Source: Thermoplasmata archaeon
Lineage (GTDB): Archaea; Thermoplasmatota; Thermoplasmata; Thermoplasmatales; ARK-15
Direction of reading: 5' to 3'
Assembly: GCA_023261745.1 (NCBI GenBank)
Contig: JAGDXR010000040.1
Location: 4,682-43,969 of the forward strand
Length of the DNA: 39,288 nt
Position 1 is the stretch's first letter; every line of letters starts with the position of its first letter. Positions 1 through 9,452 of the stretch are shown here, piece by piece. Under the pieces are notes generated by a model. That model worked only from the letters and a program-made list of their open reading frames with translations, was not told the origin of the DNA and did not search any database. The position numbers and the translations under genes are program-made.

Positions 1-44
1 GACTGAAGATCTGGAGGCCGCTGGTTCGATCCCGGCCCACGGCA
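1..44 (+). tRNA. tRNA-Phe (anticodon GAA), 3' portion only; the 5' part lies outside the window
   Basis: Anticodon loop CTGAAGA at 3-9 (GAA at 5-7). 5-nt variable region. T-arm GCTGG/TTCGATC/CCGGC at 20-36. Acceptor 3' strand CCACGGC plus discriminator A ends at 44. No encoded CCA; a T-rich tract follows. Confidence 0.75.
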
Positions 45-128
45 TTATCATTTTTATATAAAAATATGATCATATTCCTTAATTTAAAAAGGTTAAGTTT
101 ATTATATAATTCAAATTTCCTAACTCTC

Positions 129-380
129 ATGGATTTGAATGTCATAGGATATATCGCAGGTATTTTAACAACAGGCTCATTCATACCTCAATCAATGAAG
201 ATATGGAAAGAAAAAAATGCAAAGGAGGTATCGTTGCTTATGTACATAATAATATCAACTGGTATATTTTTATGGTTTTTGTATGGCCTGCTGACATCAA
301 ATTATCCTGTAATATTCGCAAATGCTGTTTCGCTTGCGATTTCGCTGTCAATTTTAATTGGAAAAATAAAATTTAAATAA
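129..380 (+). CDS. SemiSWEET / PQ-loop family small membrane transporter (3 TM, 83 aa)
   Basis: Three hydrophobic helices with an FIPQ (PQ-loop) motif after TM1 (GILTTGSFIPQSMKIWKEK). Size is typical of SemiSWEET. The ATG at 129 is preferred over 66 because the TATA-like TTTTTATATAAAA at 50-64 abuts the ATG at 66. Confidence 0.6.
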   Translation: MDLNVIGYIAGILTTGSFIPQSMKIWKEKNAKEVSLLMYIIISTGIFLWFLYGLLTSNYPVIFANAVSLAISLSILIGKIKFK

Positions 381-381
381 T

Positions 382-1476
382 TTAAATATTATCAATATCA
401 GCATTTAATTTTGATACCTTTTTTGTCAGATCCTGCATATTTTCTCCTTTCTGCCCTATGACGTAGGGGCTCTTTACACCCGTCAATACTATAAGAACCC
501 TTATAACATCCTCGAGCTCAGGATCTATGCTTGCCCCCCATATAAGCCTTGCATTCGGACTAATGTTTTTCTGAATAATTTCTGCAGCTTTCTGTGCCTC
601 GGATACAGACATGTGAGGATCCCCGACAACCCTTACAAGAGCTCCCTTTGCATCCTTAATATCTGCCTCGATAAGTGGCGAATTTATTGCCTCCTGAACT
701 GCTTCCTCTACTCTGTTATGGCTATCATCGGATTCACCGATTCCAATCATGGCGATTCCTGCATCCTTCATTATTGTCTTTATATCGGCAAAATCAATGT
801 TGACAAGGCCTGGTTTTGTTATAATTTCGGTCAATCCCTTCAATGCTACCATGAGAATTTCATCGGCCACTTTGAACGCCTGATCTAGAGGAAGCTTTGG
901 CACGTACTCCAGTAACTTGTCGTTTGGAATTACAATTGTTGTATCGCAATACCTCCTTAATCTGTCCAGACCGTAGAGTGCCTGATCCATTCTGAGTTTT
1001 CCCTCAGCTGAAAATGGAAGGGTTACAACACCTATTATAAGAACGCCGGGATTTATTTCCCTTGCTATTTTAGCCACATACGGGGCGGATCCTGTTCCCG
1101 TACCCCCACCCATACCTGCTGTGATGAAAAGTATATCCGTTTTTGACAACGCATTCCTGAGTTCCTCATCTGTTTCCTGAGCAGCCATCTCCCCTATTCT
1201 GGGGTCAGCACCAGCACCAAGTCCCTTTGTAAGCCTTTTTCCTATTAGTATTTTTTTATTTGCCTTGACCCTCAGTAAATGCTGGGCATCCGTATTTACT
1301 GCAATCAGTTCAGTCCCAATGATTCCTGAATCAAATAATCTATTTATGGTATTTGATCCTCCGCCTCCACAGCCAACAATCTTAATGCTTACCTTTAAAT
1401 TCTCTACAAATTTCCTCAATTCCTCATCGTCGGGAGAAATTATATTTCTAGCTTCATTCTGATTATTATCTGCCAT
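382..1476 (-). CDS. ftsZ: Cell division GTPase FtsZ
   Basis: Tubulin/FtsZ signatures [12 protein letters not shown] and [18 protein letters not shown] at 1476 is preceded by AGGTGGT; the GTG at 1485 is less likely. Confidence 0.95.
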   Translation of the reverse strand: MADNNQNEARNIISPDDEELRKFVENLKVSIKIVGCGGGGSNTINRLFDSGIIGTELIAVNTDAQHLLRVKANKKILIGKRLTKGLGAGADPRIGEMAAQETDEELRNALSKTDILFITAGMGGGTGTGSAPYVAKIAREINPGVLIIGVVTLPFSAEGKLRMDQALYGLDRLRRYCDTTIVIPNDKLLEYVPKLPLDQAFKVADEILMVALKGLTEIITKPGLVNIDFADIKTIMKDAGIAMIGIGESDDSHNRVEEAVQEAINSPLIEADIKDAKGALVRVVGDPHMSVSEAQKAAEIIQKNISPNARLIWGASIDPELEDVIRVLIVLTGVKSPYVIGQKGENMQDLTKKVSKLNADIDNI

Positions 1477-1577
1477 TTTTACCACCTTAATAATTCATTT
1501 CGAACAATATAAATCTAAAATATATATTTTTCTTTAAAATATCCTTATCAATTTGAATAATGATATAAGAATAATAG

Positions 1578-4130
1578 TCAATCGTTTTCAATATTTTTTA
1601 CATATTCGAACGCATCGTTGAATATAGACCTTATTCCTGATTTATTGAGTCTATTTATATTATCCAGACCAATTTTCAGTATCTTGGTATCCTTTGAATA
1701 TTTAGCCATGTAAAGCCCAAAAATGACCATGTGTTTTATTGATACGAATCTGGCTTCAGTATCTTCAATTTCCTTTATTATCTGCATGAATCTGTTGGCA
1801 TTGGATCTGGTAAAATTGAGTTCAAGATCAAGTAAATCCAACCTCAGATTTACTAGCTTTAAACTGTTTATGTTTGGCAGATTCCTGATCCTTTCAATAT
1901 TTTCCAGAAGTTCCCTTGTGCTCTCTTCATTGCTAAAAAATGAATAATAGGCAAGATCCTCCAGGTAAGAAACATAATCATTCATCGAAAGCATTTTTAT
2001 TTTTTCCTTGCCTGTTTCCCAGAAATATTTCCATTCTTCAAGATAATTTTTTATTCTCCCGCTGTAAAATTCAATCATCGCTTTGAGGTGCTTCCCGAGG
2101 TTCTGTTCTACCGGTATAGACGATTCCTTAAGCATGTTGATTTCCTCAACTTTTACCTCCTTTCCATTTATTGCATCAAGGATGGATTTATTTACATTGA
2201 ATATGATATCCGTAATTTCTTCCTTTAAATCCTTTGAAACACTTATTCCAAAATTTATGATTTCTTCAGCCTCATCATATCTGGTCTCCATAAGATAAAT
2301 GTCAAATAAATACAGAATTATGAACTTGGCCAGATCATAGTCTCCCTTTGAAAGCGCAAGTCCCATAGATTTTTTAAGAATCAGAATGGAATTTCTTAAA
2401 TCTCCTTTAATGAAATTCAGTATTCCAAGATTCGTATCCAGCGTTGTCAGAAGCGAAATCCACCAGTTCCTCTCTACTATTTCTATTGCAAGGTTGTAAT
2501 ACTGCATCCCCTTATCAAGATCGATTTCCATATATATATTACCAAGATTGTTGTAAATCGTTGCAATTTCCTTTTCCATGTTCATATTCTGAAATACTGC
2601 AAGGGCCCTTTTGTAATAATTTATGGAACTTTCGTCATTGTAATTGTAATAATAAATATTTCCTATAATTTTATAAGTGAGAGCTTCATAATATTGATCT
2701 TTACGAATTATTGAATATTTCAGTGCAGTTATTGCATAATCCAATGAAATGCTGTATTTTTCCTTTATATAATAAAGATCTGCAATATCATACAAAATTC
2801 TTGAATAATATTCAATTTCTTCATATTTTACAAGATTCAGTAATATTTTTTCGGCCTCATCAAGCCTGCTTGTGTGCAGAGATGCTTCGGCAAGATATAA
2901 ATCGTATTTTATATCTTCGGGTTTTAAATTCTTAAGCTGGTTTGCAACCCTGTACGCCTTTCCAAAGTATTCTTCCTCAATGTATAAATTGAAAAGATAA
3001 TCCATGAGATCTTCATTTATTTCTATTGAATTGCATATTTCACAGTATTTTATGCTTTTCATTTTCTTTATCAGGCTTGATTTGCATAGGAATTCTCTGA
3101 CTTTATCGTATCTTTTTGCTATGTAATATACTTCTGAAGCTTCGAGGATTCTTCCCTTTGTTTCAAGGTACATGCCGAGATTCAAAGCCAGGAATTCTAT
3201 TTTCTTTTCATCGAATGATTCAATCAGAGAATATGTTGATAAATAATATTTATCATCGAACCTGTTAAGAATTTTTTTATCAACCAGGCCGTTTAAAATT
3301 TTTTCCGCATTTTCTTTTGTTTCATTCATTAGATATAAAAGGTCATTTATGGATATTTTTCCCTTTAGCAGATTGATGTATATTATTATATCCTTTTCCT
3401 TTTCATTAAGTTTCTCCAGCATGCTTTTCTCGAACCTGCTGTTTGTAAGAAATGCCTTGACCTCCTCCTTTACTTCATCTGTTGGAGATTTTATGAATAC
3501 CTTTTCCACAATGTAATTGAACCTTTCAAGTTCTGTTATGTAATAATTTATTATACCCATGTCTCCGTTTGAAAGTGAAAATATTGTTTCGAATATCGAT
3601 GGTGGAATTGTGTATCCCATATTCTTTAACAGTTTGTATGTTTCATTCTTGTTCAGATGTTTTAATACAATCTCCTCAGCTCCCTGTTCCTTCAGTATTT
3701 TTATTAAACCCCTGAATGGAATGCTGATTTCATCATCATCGTATATTCCCACCACCTTACCCCTGTAATCCTGGGTTAAAACCTTTATGGCCACACTGAA
3801 AAATATTGACAGCACATCATTTTCCGCTTTGTCTATTGAGTCAAAAATAAATACATAATTCTCATTTTTTAAAAAACTTTCCAGTTTCTGTATGATTGAA
3901 ATCTGGAGTATTCTCTCCGGCAATGATTGTTCTACATTTAAAAATGATGATAAAATCTGCATTGCATTTTTATTTCCCATATTTAATATTTGATATTTTG
4001 TATTTATCTGTTCTATTGCCCTTGTTGTCAGATATAATTTACCTATACCCTTTGGACCATGTATCAGTAAACATCCCGCATTGATCCCCTTGAATTTATT
4101 TACGAATTCTTCTAGAATTTCCCTAGCCAT
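1578..4130 (-). CDS. AAA/STAND-like ATPase with central winged-helix-like segment and long TPR-like repeat region (850 aa), function unknown
   Basis: N-terminal P-loop LLIHGPKGIGKLYL (Walker A with Leu where Ser/Thr is expected). Walker B-like YVFIFDSID. wHTH-like DIIIYINLLKGKISINDLLYLMNETKENAEKILNGLVDKKIL. Repeated A/Y/L-rich 34-aa-type units (e.g. ALTYKIIGNIYYYNYNDESSINYYKRALAVF, ATIYNNLGNIYMEIDLDKGMQYYNLAIEI). Confidence 0.6.
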   Translation of the reverse strand: MAREILEEFVNKFKGINAGCLLIHGPKGIGKLYLTTRAIEQINTKYQILNMGNKNAMQILSSFLNVEQSLPERILQISIIQKLESFLKNENYVFIFDSIDKAENDVLSIFFSVAIKVLTQDYRGKVVGIYDDDEISIPFRGLIKILKEQGAEEIVLKHLNKNETYKLLKNMGYTIPPSIFETIFSLSNGDMGIINYYITELERFNYIVEKVFIKSPTDEVKEEVKAFLTNSRFEKSMLEKLNEKEKDIIIYINLLKGKISINDLLYLMNETKENAEKILNGLVDKKILNRFDDKYYLSTYSLIESFDEKKIEFLALNLGMYLETKGRILEASEVYYIAKRYDKVREFLCKSSLIKKMKSIKYCEICNSIEINEDLMDYLFNLYIEEEYFGKAYRVANQLKNLKPEDIKYDLYLAEASLHTSRLDEAEKILLNLVKYEEIEYYSRILYDIADLYYIKEKYSISLDYAITALKYSIIRKDQYYEALTYKIIGNIYYYNYNDESSINYYKRALAVFQNMNMEKEIATIYNNLGNIYMEIDLDKGMQYYNLAIEIVERNWWISLLTTLDTNLGILNFIKGDLRNSILILKKSMGLALSKGDYDLAKFIILYLFDIYLMETRYDEAEEIINFGISVSKDLKEEITDIIFNVNKSILDAINGKEVKVEEINMLKESSIPVEQNLGKHLKAMIEFYSGRIKNYLEEWKYFWETGKEKIKMLSMNDYVSYLEDLAYYSFFSNEESTRELLENIERIRNLPNINSLKLVNLRLDLLDLELNFTRSNANRFMQIIKEIEDTEARFVSIKHMVIFGLYMAKYSKDTKILKIGLDNINRLNKSGIRSIFNDAFEYVKNIEND

Positions 4131-4217
4131 CCATATGTAATTGATTTTATCATATAAAAATTTTAAACGGTATCAGTTTCGATATATTTTAATACATTGA
4201 ATTAATCATGCTAACAT

Positions 4218-4445
4218 ATGGATCAAATAGAAAAGCCACTTCACGTTCTCCAAAATATGCTGAATAAAAATATATTTGTGGTAGTCAGAGGAAATAAGGA
4301 ATACAGAGGCACCCTTGTGGGATATGATGTTCATCTAAACCTTGTTTTTAAAGATGCAGAGGAAGTTATTGAAAGTCAGAACAAAGGAATTTTTTCAGTA
4401 ATGATAGTAAGAGGAGATAATGTTATATATATTTCTCCATCATAA
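4218..4445 (+). CDS. Sm-like (LSm) archaeal RNA-binding protein
   Basis: Sm1/Sm2 motifs (VVVRGNKEYRGTLVGYDVHLNLVFKDAEE ... VRGDNVIYISP). It has the conserved archaeal pairing with rpl37e immediately downstream. Confidence 0.9.
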   Translation: MDQIEKPLHVLQNMLNKNIFVVVRGNKEYRGTLVGYDVHLNLVFKDAEEVIESQNKGIFSVMIVRGDNVIYISPS

Positions 4446-4459
4446 AGAGGTGAAAAATA

Positions 4460-4624
4460 ATGGGATCTGGCACACCAGCAATGGGTAAGAAAAATAAAAA
4501 CAAGACGCATATAGTCTGTAGGAGATGCGGTCACAGAACATATAACGTCAGAGAAAAGAGGTGTTCACACTGTGGATTTCCTGCTCCGAGAATCAGAAGA
4601 TATAACTGGGCAAAAAGGAAATGA
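4460..4624 (+). CDS. rpl37e: 50S ribosomal protein L37e (54 codons incl. stop; not in supplied ORF track)
   Basis: Hand translation: MGSGTPAMGKKNKNKTHIVCRRCGHRTYNVREKRCSHCGFPAPRIRRYNWAKRK*. It has a C4 zinc ribbon (CRRCG...CSHCG) and AGAGGTGA upstream. Confidence 0.9.
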   Translation: MGSGTPAMGKKNKNKTHIVCRRCGHRTYNVREKRCSHCGFPAPRIRRYNWAKRK

Positions 4625-6017
4625 AAAGTGCGGAGTGGCAGGAGTAAGGACAAAGGAAAACAATTCTCCATTATATTTATATTATATTTTGAGATCCCTG
4701 CAGCACAGGGGTCAGGAATCTGTTGGTATAGCAGTATTTTCTGAAAAAATACAGATCATCAAGGGAATGGGTCTGGTTCATGAAATTCTTAACCCTGAAA
4801 CATTAAAAAAGGTGAAATCCAATTCCGGTATAGGGCATGTGAGGTATTCCACGGCCGGAGGATCAACAATCTCAAATGCACAGCCCCTTTTTGCTCATAC
4901 TAATATCGGGGATATTGCCATTGCGCATAATGGTGAGATAACCAACGCTCAGGAATTGAGGGAAATGCTTGAAAGCAATGGAGTTTCATTCAATTCCGAC
5001 TCGGATACAGAAGTTATTCTGAGATTGCTTTCATACAACATTTTAAAGAGTCATAACCTGATAGACGCAATAAAAAGAACAATGAATAGCCTTATAGGTT
5101 CATATTCTCTTGGTCTAATGATTAACAACAGAATTTTTGCGATAAGGGACCCACTTGGGATAAGGCCACTGATCCTGGGAACATTTCCGGATGGAATAGG
5201 ATTTGCATCTGAAAGTGTTGCATTTGATGTACTTGGGGGTAAAGTAATCAGGGATGTAAGACCTGGAGAAATTGTGGAAATACTCAATAGCATGGATCTG
5301 GCAACTTACAAATTTGGCCCTCAGGAAAAACACCCCGCACACTGCATGTTTGAATATGTATATTTTGCAAGGGCAGACAGTATAATAGATGAAAGATCTG
5401 TTTATTCTGTAAGGTTTAAGCTGGGTGAAATTCTAGCTGAAGAAAGCCCGGTTGATGCTGATGTTGTTGTTCCTGTTCCTGACAGCGGAAGGACTCATGC
5501 ACTCGGTTTTTCTCACAGATCTGGAATTCCTTTTGAAGAAGGATTGATGAAAAACAGGTATGTTGAAAGAACATTCATCATGCCCGATCAGTCGGGGAGA
5601 GTTCAGGAAATAATGCTTAAACTGAATCCTGTTAAACATGTGATTAATGGGAAGAGGGTTATTCTTGTTGATGATAGTATAGTCCGTGGCAATACCATGA
5701 AAAAGATCGTCTCCCTGCTCAGGGATTCTGGGGCAAGGGAAATACATGTAAGGATCGGGTCTCCACCCATAATAGCACCCTGCTATCTCGGTGTTGATAT
5801 GAAAACCAGGGACCAGTTCATAGCTGCTGGAAAAAATGTTGAGGAAATAAGAAAAATTATTAATGCAGATTCACTTGCATACATCTCCCTTAATGGCCTT
5901 ATCAGGGCCATAGGTTTCGATGAGGATGACCTCTGCCTAGGATGTCTTACAGAAATATATCCTGTAAAGATAAAAAATGAAAAGTTCCGCGGTCAGAAAA
6001 ACATAGAATCATTCTAA
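4572..6017 (+). CDS. purF: Amidophosphoribosyltransferase (glutamine PRPP amidotransferase)
   Basis: Ntn nucleophile context KCGVAGV, PRTase loop VILVDDSIVRGNT, and C-terminal Fe-S cysteines (APCYLGVDM, CLGCLT). The only canonical start upstream of the Cys codon (4629-4631) is GTG at 4572. Confidence 0.9.
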   Translation: MDFLLRESEDITGQKGNEKCGVAGVRTKENNSPLYLYYILRSLQHRGQESVGIAVFSEKIQIIKGMGLVHEILNPETLKKVKSNSGIGHVRYSTAGGSTISNAQPLFAHTNIGDIAIAHNGEITNAQELREMLESNGVSFNSDSDTEVILRLLSYNILKSHNLIDAIKRTMNSLIGSYSLGLMINNRIFAIRDPLGIRPLILGTFPDGIGFASESVAFDVLGGKVIRDVRPGEIVEILNSMDLATYKFGPQEKHPAHCMFEYVYFARADSIIDERSVYSVRFKLGEILAEESPVDADVVVPVPDSGRTHALGFSHRSGIPFEEGLMKNRYVERTFIMPDQSGRVQEIMLKLNPVKHVINGKRVILVDDSIVRGNTMKKIVSLLRDSGAREIHVRIGSPPIIAPCYLGVDMKTRDQFIAAGKNVEEIRKIINADSLAYISLNGLIRAIGFDEDDLCLGCLTEIYPVKIKNEKFRGQKNIESF

Positions 6018-6839
6018 TTTTTTCATTTTTTCCTTTACTTCATTTATAAAATTTTCATCGATTTCTTTTCTGTAAAAATCGATCCTTGACGCTATGGCAA
6101 TTTTATTGGCAAGCCACCTTGCATTCCTCCCACGATTTTTGCTTCCGTGGACGAATGGATGCCTGAATATGATCCCGTGTTTCGGACCCAGTCTCCCAGA
6201 TTTTTTTGATATGTAATAGGATTTTCCTGCACCCATGATCTGTATTCTGGAAGAGGGCATCATGGATAATGAATGAAGACCGCCAGTAAGGGAAATAAGT
6301 TCCGCTCCAAGTATTGGACCGGCTACAAACGAGAGATTGGGAGCATACCTTTCCATTATGCTTTTTACCGATTTCTCGATGGTGTTTTCAATGCCCTTTA
6401 AATCTTCATATTCTTTCTTAAGGGTATTTATGATTTCGGATTTATTTTCTTCATCTGAAATGAATTCTTTGATAAACTTCTCCTCTCCCTTTTTATATTT
6501 TCCCGTTGGATCCAGGGATTCAAATATATCAAGGAGAAGCATCCTGTACTGATTCAGAATCCTTTTATAATTTTCCATTGATTTTGTCAGGGAAATCAAA
6601 AATTCCTCTGTTTTGTCAAAACCTTTAATTTTCCTGTAACCTAGGCTTATCAGTGCCTGCCTTAAGAGATCGTTTGAATCCCTCTGCCTGAATTCAATTT
6701 CACACCCTTCACAGAATTCTCCTAACATTCCATTCTCTATTTTCATGAAAATTTCCGCAAGCTTTTCCGGCTCGGCCGGAAAATTGATTATTTTGCCATC
6801 CTGTTCAATATGGTCCCAGTAAATGTATGCCCGTTTCAT
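6009..6839 (-). CDS. Nop5 (Nop56/58-family) C/D box sRNP core protein, short form (276 aa)
   Basis: Nop domain blocks APNLSFVAGPILGAELISLTGGLHSLSMMPSSRIQIMGAGK and GPKHGIIFRHPFV...RGRNARWLANKIAIASRIDFY. The start overlaps the cbf5 stop (ATGA). Confidence 0.8.
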   Translation of the reverse strand: MKRAYIYWDHIEQDGKIINFPAEPEKLAEIFMKIENGMLGEFCEGCEIEFRQRDSNDLLRQALISLGYRKIKGFDKTEEFLISLTKSMENYKRILNQYRMLLLDIFESLDPTGKYKKGEEKFIKEFISDEENKSEIINTLKKEYEDLKGIENTIEKSVKSIMERYAPNLSFVAGPILGAELISLTGGLHSLSMMPSSRIQIMGAGKSYYISKKSGRLGPKHGIIFRHPFVHGSKNRGRNARWLANKIAIASRIDFYRKEIDENFINEVKEKMKKLE

Positions 6840-7714
6840 TTATCCTTCCATCCCCTGGGATATTCCCCTCTTTCTATCAGTACAGCATCCATTATCAGTA
6901 TTTTTCCGTTTTCCCTTCCCGTTGGAAACCCATATCCAACAAGCCTGCCTGATGATGTCAAAACACCCGCAGGATAACCGGCTTTTAAAACTCCTTCCAA
7001 TTTCAGTATTCCAGCATCGTATAGGGGAGCACCGTTCGCAAGTGCATCCACCGCTGAATCCTTTACCCATACCTTTGGAAATGGTTTTATGAGTTCTTCA
7101 AGCGGCCTGAGAATCTCCTTAAGATATTTATCATCACCTTCCCTGTAAAATTCAAATGCATCTACAAGATCCTGAAGATAATGGGATTCATGTTCATATA
7201 TATGCCCTGTTCTTGTCCTTCTTAATTCTATCATGTTTGCTCCAACACCCAGTGCATCACCAATGTCCGCACACAGGGTCCTTATGTACGTACCTGATTC
7301 AGTTGACGTTTTGAAAAGAACATTCAGACCGTCCTTTTCCATAAATTCCAGCGAATATATCTTCCTCCTTCTCATGGTCCTTGATACCGCAGACCTCAAT
7401 GGAACATTCTGATATATCTCTCCTGTAAATTCCCTGAATATGCTTTTTATTCTTTCTTCATCCACATTGGAATGAAGTTTCATGACACCCACATATTCTT
7501 TGTCCAGATAATGAAGAATGTTAATTATCTTCGTACCTTTATTGATACCGATCGGAAGAACACCTGTGACATGTGGATCTAGCGTACCTGCATGTCCTGC
7601 CTTTTCTACATTGAGTATCCCTTTAACCCATGAAGTAACCTGATGGCTCGTAGGACCGTGTGGCTTGTCTATAACCACATATGACCCCTTCAGTAAAACG
7701 AGGATCTCATCCAT
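6836..7714 (-). CDS. truB: tRNA/rRNA pseudouridine synthase Cbf5 (TruB family, H/ACA RNP catalytic subunit)
   Basis: VVIDKPHGPTSHQV and the catalytic-Asp block GHAGTLDPHVTGVLPIG. C-terminal PUA-like region (VWVKDSAVDALANGAPLYDAGI). Confidence 0.92.
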   Translation of the reverse strand: MDEILVLLKGSYVVIDKPHGPTSHQVTSWVKGILNVEKAGHAGTLDPHVTGVLPIGINKGTKIINILHYLDKEYVGVMKLHSNVDEERIKSIFREFTGEIYQNVPLRSAVSRTMRRRKIYSLEFMEKDGLNVLFKTSTESGTYIRTLCADIGDALGVGANMIELRRTRTGHIYEHESHYLQDLVDAFEFYREGDDKYLKEILRPLEELIKPFPKVWVKDSAVDALANGAPLYDAGILKLEGVLKAGYPAGVLTSSGRLVGYGFPTGRENGKILIMDAVLIERGEYPRGWKDK

Positions 7715-8229
7715 CTTTCAAAGGCACCCTCTATCCTTCCTGTAACCTCTCCAACACCCATATTGTCCGTATTAAGAACAATATCATAAATTGATAGGTC
7801 ATCTATATTTATTCCATAATATTCCATATACCTTTTCCTTTCGCTCTCCTCCCTCATGATTACATCCTCAGGCCTTATACCTGAATCCCTCTGGATTATC
7901 CTCTTTATTCTTGTTTCCCTGCTTGCATCAATATAAACCTTAAATGCATTGATGTTATTTTTAAAAGCAAGCCATCCTGATAGCCTGGAATCCACCACAA
8001 TATCATCATCCTTTTTAATTGTATCAAGAAGAAAATCATCTATCTTTCTGTCAATTTCCCTGTCCTTTTCAGCATACCTTGAAAATTCCTCAATCGTCAT
8101 TCCCTTTTCCATTGCCATGCTCCTGAAAATCTCTCCTCCAGAGATGTATCTGAAATTTAAATTTTTTGAAAGTTCTTTTGAAACCGTTGTTTTACCGGAT
8201 CCTGGGGGGCCAGATATTGTTATTATCAT
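7690..8229 (-). CDS. cmk: Cytidylate kinase, archaeal type
   Basis: P-loop MIITISGPPGSGKTT. Size is ~180 aa. It occupies the conserved position downstream of the adk/DUF106 genes. Confidence 0.85.
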   Translation of the reverse strand: MIITISGPPGSGKTTVSKELSKNLNFRYISGGEIFRSMAMEKGMTIEEFSRYAEKDREIDRKIDDFLLDTIKKDDDIVVDSRLSGWLAFKNNINAFKVYIDASRETRIKRIIQRDSGIRPEDVIMREESERKRYMEYYGINIDDLSIYDIVLNTDNMGVGEVTGRIEGAFERWMRSSFY

Positions 8230-8906
8230 TTTCTTTCCAACCTTTCAATATTTTTAAGCCTCAGTGAAAATTCATAAAGCTTGAAGATGTAGCTTATGAA
8301 ATAACCCACTGTACCAGTAAAAAACATGTAAACTATCACCCACACTGGAAATATAGACGGGCCTAGGGCTAGATCCATGCCCGATGGATATGTCCATGGC
8401 AGATATATGGACCTGTAAATTGAGGGTAAGGAAAAAATGAAATAGTATATCCATACCATTATTACAATTCCAAAAATAAATACAATCATTGTTGGTTTCA
8501 TCTGGTCATTCATTATCTTGACATTTTCCATCATGAGTTTCTGCTGAAATGACCTGACCTTTTCTATCATTGCCTTATCATTTTTCTTTATGGCTTCCCT
8601 CATAAGCTTTGATAGCTGCCTGCTCTTGTACTGAACCTTGGCCATACCGTACCAGTCGATGAAATAATGCCTTGCATACATGTTTATTACTGTTATGAGC
8701 AATCCGGTCAGGATAAGGGTGATGATTGGATATTTACCATTCAATCCAAATAATGGATAGAATATGTAATTTGCATATTCACCTATTGAATCCCTTATGC
8801 CAGGCATGCTCCATATTACCAGGGTAAGCATCATTAACATCAGATAAATAAAACTGAACCCCCCGGGTTGGGGGCCCTGATTTTTTCTGCTATTAGTGTT
8901 TTCCAT
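8226..8906 (-). CDS. DUF106 / EMC3-TMCO1-like membrane protein (archaeal YidC/Oxa1-like insertase family)
   Basis: TM helices flank a basic coiled-coil segment (YKSRQLSKLMREAIKKNDKAMIEKVRSFQQKLMMEN). It occupies the conserved slot between adk and cmk after secY. Confidence 0.7.
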   Translation of the reverse strand: MENTNSRKNQGPQPGGFSFIYLMLMMLTLVIWSMPGIRDSIGEYANYIFYPLFGLNGKYPIITLILTGLLITVINMYARHYFIDWYGMAKVQYKSRQLSKLMREAIKKNDKAMIEKVRSFQQKLMMENVKIMNDQMKPTMIVFIFGIVIMVWIYYFIFSLPSIYRSIYLPWTYPSGMDLALGPSIFPVWVIVYMFFTGTVGYFISYIFKLYEFSLRLKNIERLERK

Positions 8907-9447
8907 ATCCTATTTTCTCCATAAGAATCTCTGAGGCCTTTTCTGCCATGCCCTCCTCGTTTTTTATTATTACCAGAGGAGCACCCGTAAATACCGAACA
9001 TGATGCCCCGAAAGCCCTGTTGATACTCTGATGCTCCAGAAGCATTTCCGGACTGTCTTCATCCCTGTACCTGCTGTTGTCCCTTTCCCTCCTCTTTATT
9101 ATTATATCAGGATCAACCTCGATGATTACTATCATGGAGGGATTTATGGCCCTCAGTACCCACTCAGGAAGCCCTGGAAGATATCCCGATGGGGTCTTTA
9201 TAGATAGATGGGTGTCTATGAAAACATTTTCCATTTTCCCTATTCTTTCCGCAGCAAGTTTCTGTATTTCCCTCTGCTTTTCCACAGGGAGTTTCCTTAT
9301 CTCATCCCTGTTTTTTATGCCCAGTTCATTTGCAAGTTCCATCATCACGTCTCCAAAATTTATTATACCATATCCCATCTTCCTTGATGCCATATTCAGT
9401 ACCGTTGATTTTCCTACTCCCGGAACTCCAGTAACAACAACCCTCAT
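8893..9447 (-). CDS. adkA: Adenylate kinase, archaeal type
   Basis: MRVVVTGVPGVGKST P-loop. ATG at 9447 is preceded by GAAGGGTGA. The GTG at 9456 overlaps the secY stop and is an alternative start. Confidence 0.9.
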   Translation of the reverse strand: MRVVVTGVPGVGKSTVLNMASRKMGYGIINFGDVMMELANELGIKNRDEIRKLPVEKQREIQKLAAERIGKMENVFIDTHLSIKTPSGYLPGLPEWVLRAINPSMIVIIEVDPDIIIKRRERDNSRYRDEDSPEMLLEHQSINRAFGASCSVFTGAPLVIIKNEEGMAEKASEILMEKIGYGKH

Positions 9448-9452
9448 ACCAT

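Noticed and set aside
66-128. First 21 codons of ORF 66-380
   Set aside because: The ATG at 66 abuts the TATA-like tract at 50-64. The MDLNV start at 129 gives a canonical 3-TM SemiSWEET length.
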